DNA of 10,626 bases from Campylobacterota bacterium. GTDB taxonomy: Bacteria > Campylobacterota > Campylobacteria > Campylobacterales > Sulfurimonadaceae. The translations under genes and the position numbers were made by a program. Numbering within the stretch: position 1 is the stretch's first letter; the number at the start of each line of letters is the position of its first letter. The stretch lies in the NCBI GenBank assembly GCA_034661055.1, contig JAYEKO010000066.1:1-10626 (forward strand). Reading direction: 5' to 3'. Positions 1 through 5,807 of the stretch are shown here, piece by piece. The notes below the pieces were generated by a model, which was not told where the DNA came from, made no database searches, and saw only the letters and a program-made list of their open reading frames with translations.

Positions 1-2
1 TA

Positions 3-533
3 GATATAAACAGTGCTACAGCTGATGAGCTTTTAAAACTTAATGGTATTGGAAAGGCAAAATCTCAAAAGATTATAGAGTATCGAAAGATGAACCAATG
101 CTTTAAAAGCATCGATGAGTTAGCTAGCATAGAGGGTATTAGTGAAAAAATTGTCTCTAGTAATAGGGCAGTTTTAACTCTAGGAATTTGCAAAAAAGTT
201 GTAGACGAAAAAAACTCTTCACGTTCTTCCTTTCAAGATGTTCTGCTAGATCCTGTAAATATTATTTTTCTAATAGTTATTCTCGTGCTTGGATATCTTG
301 ATTACAGACTAAAGAAAGATCTGAAAAGTCAAATTGTGAGCATCGGTGTTCTTGGTACATTTGTAGGAATATTTATTGGCTTACAAGGTTTTGATCCAGA
401 AGATATCATAAATAGTGTGAATGAAATTTTAGTAGGATTAAAAACAGCATTTTTTACATCAATCGTCGGCATGAGTGTCGCTACAACACTCTCAATCATC
501 CAAAAACTAAAGGATGACACTGAAAACGAATAG
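3..533 (+). CDS. 5'-truncated fusion protein: ComEA-family helix-hairpin-helix DNA-binding domain plus ZorA/MotA/TolQ/ExbB-type proton-channel transmembrane domain
   Basis: Frame 3 has no stop from base 3 to the ATG at 90 and reads DINSATADELLKLNGIGKAKSQKIIEYRK-MNQCFKSIDELASIEGISEKIV, the ComEA tandem HhH pattern (INxAxxxELxxLxGIGxxKAxxIxxYR...FxSxxxLxxVxGI). After a Ser-rich linker come three hydrophobic segments, including IGVLGTFVGIFIGL and GLKTAFFTSIVGM, typical of ZorA TM2/TM3. Stop TAG at 531-533. The true start lies upstream of the window. Confidence 0.9.
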   Translation, partial: DINSATADELLKLNGIGKAKSQKIIEYRKMNQCFKSIDELASIEGISEKIVSSNRAVLTLGICKKVVDEKNSSRSSFQDVLLDPVNIIFLIVILVLGYLDYRLKKDLKSQIVSIGVLGTFVGIFIGLQGFDPEDIINSVNEILVGLKTAFFTSIVGMSVATTLSIIQKLKDDTENE

Positions 534-1176
534 TGAATGGATGAGCATATCAGACATGATGTCAGGATTGATGTTGGTTTTTATGTTTATAGCTATCGGA
601 TTTATGATAGAAGTAGAGTCTGAAAAACAGGAGATGACATACATAGCAAGCTCCTATAGAGACACCAAGGCAAATCTGAATGAAGCTTTATATGCCGAGT
701 TTGAAGATGATTTAGCACAGTGGGATGCAAATATTACTAAAGATAACAGCATTATATTTCATTCGCCAAATGTTCTATTTGAGGTAAGTAAAAGTGATTT
801 AAAAGATGAATTTAAAACAATTTTGCAACAGTTTTTTCCAAGATACATAAAAATTTTGACTTCAAAAGAGTATAAAACTGAGATTAAAGAGCTAAGAGTT
901 GAAGGACATACTTCAGATGAGTGGGGTAACACAAGCTCTCAAAGAGAGGTTTATTTAAACAATATGCAACTCTCACAAACGAGAGCTTATAAGGTTTTAT
1001 CGTACTGCTACAGTTTAGAAGATGAGACTATAAAGCAAAACAGGCCTTGGCTTGAGAAAAATTTTAGAGCAAATGGGATGGCATTTTCTAAACTAATAGT
1101 AAGAGAAAAAGCAAGAAGGGTTGAGTTTACAATCCAAATGAAAAGTGAAGATAAAGTTTATAAAATTTTAAAATAA
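514..1176 (+). CDS. zorB: ZorB-like (type II Zorya) MotB/OmpA-family motor subunit
   Basis: N-terminal WMSISDMMSGLMLVFMFI single TM with the conserved Asp (codon 553-555). Then EFEDDLAQWDA, SPNVLF, FFPRY, RVEGHTS, YLNNMQLSQTRA and RRVEF motifs of the ZorB OmpA-like peptidoglycan-binding domain. Overlaps the upstream gene by 20 nt. Start is ATG 514 or possibly CTG 520, since AAAGGA lies at 509-514. The symbol denotes homology, not proven defence function. Confidence 0.88.
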   Translation: MTLKTNSEWMSISDMMSGLMLVFMFIAIGFMIEVESEKQEMTYIASSYRDTKANLNEALYAEFEDDLAQWDANITKDNSIIFHSPNVLFEVSKSDLKDEFKTILQQFFPRYIKILTSKEYKTEIKELRVEGHTSDEWGNTSSQREVYLNNMQLSQTRAYKVLSYCYSLEDETIKQNRPWLEKNFRANGMAFSKLIVREKARRVEFTIQMKSEDKVYKILK

Positions 1177-1341
1177 CTTTTAGAATGGAGACAAAAAATG
1201 ACACTTATACATCTTTTTCTTGATATAAAACATAGTGACTCAAAAGTCGACTGGTTAATGACAGAACCCTGCGTTCTTTGTTGTTTAGAGTACTAAAAAT
1301 GTAAGTGACACAGGTTACATGATTCAAGTAAAAGAGGATAA

Positions 1342-2430
1342 ATGAAAATAGCAGTAGTTCATGATTGGCTTGTGGTAGATGCAGGTGCAGAAAAGGTACT
1401 TCGCGGTATAATAGAGTGTTATCCTGATGCTGACATTTTTTCATTGGTTGATTTCCTAAGTAATGAAGAGCAAGAGAGCATTTTAATGGATAAATATGCT
1501 CACACCTCTTTTATTCAAAACTTGCCATTTGCTAAAAAGCAGTTTCGAAATTATCTGCCACTATTTCCAAAAGCTATTGAGAGTTTTGATCTCTCGGCTT
1601 ATGATCTTGTTATTAGCAGTTCATGGGCAGTTGCTAAAGGGGTAAAATGTACGAGTGAACAGGTGCATATCAGTTACTGCCACACCCCAATTCGTTATGC
1701 TTGGGATCTTTATGATGAATATACATGTAATTTAAAACAGCCAAAAAAGTTTTTAGTAGAATTAACATTAAAATATATAAAAAACTGGGATTTTGCTACA
1801 CGAGACAGAGTTGATTACTACATCGCTAATTCTACTTTTGTGAAAAATCGTATTGCTAATAATTACAAAAGAGAGGCTAAAGTAATTCACCCGCCAGTTG
1901 ATACTGATGCTTTTAAATTACAGATAAATAAAAAAGAGTTCTATGTCACGGTATCACGTTTAGTTCCCTACAAAAAAGTATCTATGATAGTTAAAGCATT
2001 TAATGATAATGGTAAAAATCTTGTCGTTATTGGCGCGGGGGAAGAGTATGAGTTCATTCGCTCTATTGCCAAAGATAATATTACCGTTATGGGTTGGCAG
2101 GAGCGTGATGTTATTATTGACTATATGCAACGAGCAAAAGCCTTTGTTTATGCCGCAGAAGAAGATTTTGGAATTGTTCCTGTAGAAGCAATGGCATGCG
2201 GAACACCGGTAATTGCTTATGGAGTAGGCGGTGTTCGTGATAGTGTTGTAGAAAATAAAACGGGTATCTTTTTTGATAAACAGACACCAGAATCACTTAA
2301 CGTTGCAGTCAATAAATTTGAATCACTAAGCTTTTCAGCTAAAATAATTAGTCAGCATGCTCAACAGTTCTCAATACAAAATTTCAAAGATAAACTTTTA
2401 AAATACATAAAGCAGGTATCATATGCGTAA
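1342..2430 (+). CDS. GT4 (GT-B) glycosyltransferase, WbaZ-like, putative mannosyltransferase
   Basis: MKIAVVHDWL...GAEKVL start, YCHTPIRYAWD, VSRLVPYKK and the EDFGIVPVEAMACGTPVIA EX7E motif. RBS GAGGA at 1334-1338. Sugar specificity is inferred from subfamily only. Confidence 0.92.
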   Translation: MKIAVVHDWLVVDAGAEKVLRGIIECYPDADIFSLVDFLSNEEQESILMDKYAHTSFIQNLPFAKKQFRNYLPLFPKAIESFDLSAYDLVISSSWAVAKGVKCTSEQVHISYCHTPIRYAWDLYDEYTCNLKQPKKFLVELTLKYIKNWDFATRDRVDYYIANSTFVKNRIANNYKREAKVIHPPVDTDAFKLQINKKEFYVTVSRLVPYKKVSMIVKAFNDNGKNLVVIGAGEEYEFIRSIAKDNITVMGWQERDVIIDYMQRAKAFVYAAEEDFGIVPVEAMACGTPVIAYGVGGVRDSVVENKTGIFFDKQTPESLNVAVNKFESLSFSAKIISQHAQQFSIQNFKDKLLKYIKQVSYA

Positions 2431-3754
2431 ATTACTCTCTTTTTTATTGCTATTAATTACAGATGGCGTGTCACTTTGGATAACACTGTATCTTGCCTAT
2501 ACATTTAGAATTTATCTTCAAAAGAGTGACATGTTCTCTGAGTTCACTGTTGGGCTTGAACACTTTTACCTTTCAGGGCTACTGTTTGTTCTTTTTGCTG
2601 TTATTAACTTCTCCTTAGGACTCTATACAAAGCGCAATGACTTCTGGGAAGAGCTTCGTCGCAGTTATATTTCAGCCTTTTTACTACTTATTTCGATAGT
2701 CATGATACTTTTTATTACAAAGTCAACTGAAGAGTTTTCAAGAACTTTTTACATCTTAATGTTCTTAAATCTTTTGTGGACTATGCCTCTAACAAGAATT
2801 ACATGTAAAAAAGTGCTACACCAGCTTGGCTTGTGGCATATCAATGCATTTCTTGTAGGTAATGAAGAGCAGGTAGAGAAGTTAAAAAAAGATTTGAGTA
2901 TTAATTGGTACTTGGGTTACAAAAGTGTAGAGAGTATTAAAAAGGCTAAAATTGTCTTTATTGCTACCAAAGAGATGAAAGTTGAGTTACTTGAAAAACT
3001 AATTCATAAGTATAAACGTCGTGTTAAAGAGGTGATTCTCATTCCTTATTTGCACAATATTAGTTTTGCTAATTCAGAGATTATTGACCTTCGAATAGGT
3101 CGCATGAGTTTTATTAACATCCAAAACCAGCTGTTCATTACTAAAAATATCTACATTAAAAAAGTTGCAGAATTTTTACTTATTTTATTGATGCTGCCTG
3201 TGGTGAGTGCTGCAATGCTTTTAATTGCTATAGGGATTAAACTAAATAGCAAGGGTGCTGTATTTTTTAGACAGAAGCGACTGGGTGAAGACGGCAAGGT
3301 TTTTATGTGCTATAAATTCAGAACGATGCATGAGGAGAGTGATGCGCTACTGTCTGAGTATCTAAACAATAATCCTGATGAAGTAAATAATTACAATAAA
3401 TATCATAAATACAAAAAAGATCCTAGAATAACGTCTGTAGGGCGATTGTTGCGTAAATCTTCTTTAGATGAATTACCACAAATTATTAACGTATTTAAAG
3501 GTGAGATGAACCTCATTGGCCCACGACCTTACATGATAAATGAAGAAGAAAAAATTGGTGAAAATGTTGAGACAATTTTACATGTAAAACCGGGCTTAAC
3601 CGGTCTCTGGCAAATTAGCGGTCGTAACAATCTTGATTTTTTTGAGCGTGTAGAGCTTGATGTCTGGTATATTCAAAACTGGTCGTTATGGCTTGATTTT
3701 ATTATTTTTATTAAGACATTTTTAGTTCTTGCTACGCGACGAGGTGCGCAGTAG
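2423..3754 (+). CDS. wbaP: Undecaprenyl-phosphate hexose-1-phosphate transferase, WbaP/WcaJ class
   Basis: Four N-terminal TM segments plus a C-terminal Bac_transf domain with YKFRTM, DPRIT, SLDELPQ, GPRP, KPGLTGLWQISGR and DVWYIQNWSLWLD. Has the WbaP-like insert before DPRIT. Overlaps the GT4 gene by 8 nt. Confidence 0.88.
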   Translation: MRKLLSFLLLLITDGVSLWITLYLAYTFRIYLQKSDMFSEFTVGLEHFYLSGLLFVLFAVINFSLGLYTKRNDFWEELRRSYISAFLLLISIVMILFITKSTEEFSRTFYILMFLNLLWTMPLTRITCKKVLHQLGLWHINAFLVGNEEQVEKLKKDLSINWYLGYKSVESIKKAKIVFIATKEMKVELLEKLIHKYKRRVKEVILIPYLHNISFANSEIIDLRIGRMSFINIQNQLFITKNIYIKKVAEFLLILLMLPVVSAAMLLIAIGIKLNSKGAVFFRQKRLGEDGKVFMCYKFRTMHEESDALLSEYLNNNPDEVNNYNKYHKYKKDPRITSVGRLLRKSSLDELPQIINVFKGEMNLIGPRPYMINEEEKIGENVETILHVKPGLTGLWQISGRNNLDFFERVELDVWYIQNWSLWLDFIIFIKTFLVLATRRGAQ

Positions 3755-3766
3755 AAAATAATCTAC

Positions 3767-5728
3767 CTACCTCAGCTTCAACACCTTAAAGCTCTCTGTC
3801 TCTGCCACTTTTTCAAATAGACCTTTATCGTACCTATCAAGAAGAAGTACTTGAACTAAAAAGGTACCAAATGCCTTTTTATCTAAGTAGATCGCTTTTT
3901 GGTTGTTGTAGATAATAAGAATATGAGATGAGTTTTTGTTGTACTGTTTTGCTGCTGCAATTTTGCCATTTTGAGAGATAATAATGCCATTAATTTGCGC
4001 TTTAGCTCCATCGTTTCCAATGATGTTTCCATCTCTTAGATCAAACTTGAATGTATCACCATGAATGATGGGCTCTTTTGGACTGTATGGTTTTAATAAA
4101 TTTGATATGTAAAGCTCTGAATTACCGCCGGTGTTGCCAGTGCTTAAATCAGTGTTTGCAAAGTTTTCCAATGTTCTAAAAGTAAGTAACATATCACGAT
4201 GCAACATAATATAGGCCTCTCTACGTTTTGCATCAGTCATGCTGTCATAGTTTAGGGTTTGAAAAATATCATTTAGATTTTTAGTTTTCATAGTATTTTT
4301 AAGAACATAAGAACTATATTTTTGTTGAGAAAAATACTTCATAGCGTTATAGACAAAATTTGGATTATGTGAGAGCAGTAGTTTAGAAACTAAGTAACTG
4401 TCGCTACCGTGACGTCCATTGTCAATTAGAGTATTGTTGGCACCAATGTAATACCATAGAGGCCATCCATAATCCCACCATGAGTAGATAAGGTCTTTTT
4501 GCTTGTTGAGCGTTGCAAATTCTTTTAATGTTTTTACCTCCTCTTTTTTAAAGAAATAGGGTCCGGTTGAGGCATTTACAATTAAAATATTGTAGAGCAT
4601 TAGTCCAACACCAATTATGGTTGCAAGAAGTGGTAGTTTTTTGTTTGGGAAATGGTTTTGAATTAAATTAAATAAAAATACAAATCCAAAAGCCAATATT
4701 GGCGTAGCAAACATAGTAAATCGCATACCTAGCTCTGATGCGGCAATACCTAAAGCAACCATAGGCAGCGCCATTAAAAAGATAGGACGGCTAATAATGA
4801 GTAATACATAGCCAAGTAGAGCCAATGTTACATAAAATTCAGTTCCTACAAACATAGGTGAAATCTCAAAGAGTGAGGCATCTATGGCTTCAGATACGGT
4901 CCCTAATGTGTTATTGAAGTGGTAGGTTTGCTCAGTTCCCTTTAACGTTACTACAGTGTCTGAATTTACATATTGGCCGGCTCTGTTGACAATTTTTGAA
5001 ACATCAACACTAAATAGAGCAGCAATAATAATTAATACAGAACCAATTAAAGCTAATCTCTTTTTAAATACTATGGGTGTTACTACAAGAGTCATTGCTG
5101 CAATTGAAGCTATAATAATTAAAGAGGAGTGGTACCAGAAGTGAAAACCAACAAGAGATGCTATAAATACTGCACCCCAAATATAACTTCGTTGCTGTAG
5201 CGTCAACATCATGGACGCAATTGCCATGTATGGAAAAAATAGGTTTAATGTGTCTGTATCCATGTAGCCAAGGTGTGAGCGTGTGTAGAAGTTAATGCCA
5301 ATACTACCAATGAGTGCAGCAAAGAATCCAACCTGAACCAATTTTAGAGCGTGTCCCATAAGAACAATTGGAACAACTACCAAAGAAGATAAAAAAGCTG
5401 GTAGCAAGAACATGACCCAATCAATGTTAAGATTAAAGGCTGATGTAATGAAGGCAACTAGATGACCCGGCATATATTCTGCGACATAGGGGTAGCTATG
5501 ACCTGCTAGTAGCTGTTTAGCATAGTAGCCATAAAGCCCGGCATCTGGTGACCAGATAGGTAGTGGATCTCCATTGAGCCAAAAACTTTCAATTGATTGT
5601 GTTTGAAAAAAGAGAATAAACCGAATTGCTAAACTAAATAGATAAGCAATTGAAATATATGTTAAAATTGCTTTTGATGAAGCATCTTTAGAGTTTAGAT
5701 ATAAATATTTTTGAATAAAACCTGACAC
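3767..5728 (-). CDS. pglB: STT3/PglB-family N-oligosaccharyltransferase (short, divergent)
   Basis: WWDYG at 4466-4480, D157-T-D159 (5252-5260), TVSE (4889-4900, TIXE/SVSE motif), GMRFT, WSPD62 and DNGRH. Multi-TM N-terminal half with a soluble C-terminal domain. GTG start preceded by AGGGG. Confidence 0.93.
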   Translation of the reverse strand: MSGFIQKYLYLNSKDASSKAILTYISIAYLFSLAIRFILFFQTQSIESFWLNGDPLPIWSPDAGLYGYYAKQLLAGHSYPYVAEYMPGHLVAFITSAFNLNIDWVMFLLPAFLSSLVVVPIVLMGHALKLVQVGFFAALIGSIGINFYTRSHLGYMDTDTLNLFFPYMAIASMMLTLQQRSYIWGAVFIASLVGFHFWYHSSLIIIASIAAMTLVVTPIVFKKRLALIGSVLIIIAALFSVDVSKIVNRAGQYVNSDTVVTLKGTEQTYHFNNTLGTVSEAIDASLFEISPMFVGTEFYVTLALLGYVLLIISRPIFLMALPMVALGIAASELGMRFTMFATPILAFGFVFLFNLIQNHFPNKKLPLLATIIGVGLMLYNILIVNASTGPYFFKKEEVKTLKEFATLNKQKDLIYSWWDYGWPLWYYIGANNTLIDNGRHGSDSYLVSKLLLSHNPNFVYNAMKYFSQQKYSSYVLKNTMKTKNLNDIFQTLNYDSMTDAKRREAYIMLHRDMLLTFRTLENFANTDLSTGNTGGNSELYISNLLKPYSPKEPIIHGDTFKFDLRDGNIIGNDGAKAQINGIIISQNGKIAAAKQYNKNSSHILIIYNNQKAIYLDKKAFGTFLVQVLLLDRYDKGLFEKVAETESFKVLKLR

Positions 5729-5756
5729 ACAATACCCCTAATTTAAATAGTGTTGT

Positions 5757-5782
5757 ATTTTAACTAAATTATACTGTAGAAT
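5757..5782. promoter_or_regulatory. Putative back-to-back sigma70 -10 elements in the 79-nt divergent pglB / symporter intergenic region
   Basis: Minus strand has a perfect TATAAT (5768-5773) and a TAAAAT (5757-5762). Plus strand has TAGAAT (5777-5782). AT-rich context makes chance matches possible. Confidence 0.45.
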
Positions 5783-5807
5783 CTGCTTAGAAGTTTGAGG
5801 ATAAGCG

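Noticed and set aside
192..214. A6 and A7 runs at the ComEA-ZorA junction as a frameshift site or sequencing artefact (losing one A at 192-197 gives GICKKL-stop)
   Set aside because: The runs are short and not in the A-AAA-AAG slippery phase, and no independent ATG/GTG/TTG start exists for the TM part before TM1. The fusion is the simpler reading, although reads should be checked.
329..520. 63-aa minus-strand ORF
   Set aside because: Antisense shadow of the ZorA-like TM region, with no motif.
90..533. ORF-track start at ATG 90 giving a 147-aa protein
   Set aside because: The frame is open upstream to the window edge and encodes the first HhH motif, so Met 90 is internal and has no clear RBS.
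3..1176. Flagellar motAB, or exbBD/tolQR
   Set aside because: The B subunit carries type II ZorB-like motifs (FFPRY, EGHTS, NNMxLSQxR) and an OmpA-like domain absent from ExbD/TolR. The A subunit lacks the MotA cytoplasmic domain.
1205..1444. 79-aa minus-strand ORF
   Set aside because: Overlaps the GT4 start antisense and has no recognisable features.
2003..2296. Two 60-aa ORFs inside the GT4 gene
   Set aside because: Alternative-frame or antisense ORFs within a well-supported CDS.
3751..3766. GTAGA-N6-TCTAC hairpin between the converging wbaP and pglB stops as a terminator
   Set aside because: A 5-bp weak stem with no clear U tract is not enough support.
4956..5144. 62-aa plus-strand ORF
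   Set aside because: Antisense to pglB TM-coding sequence.
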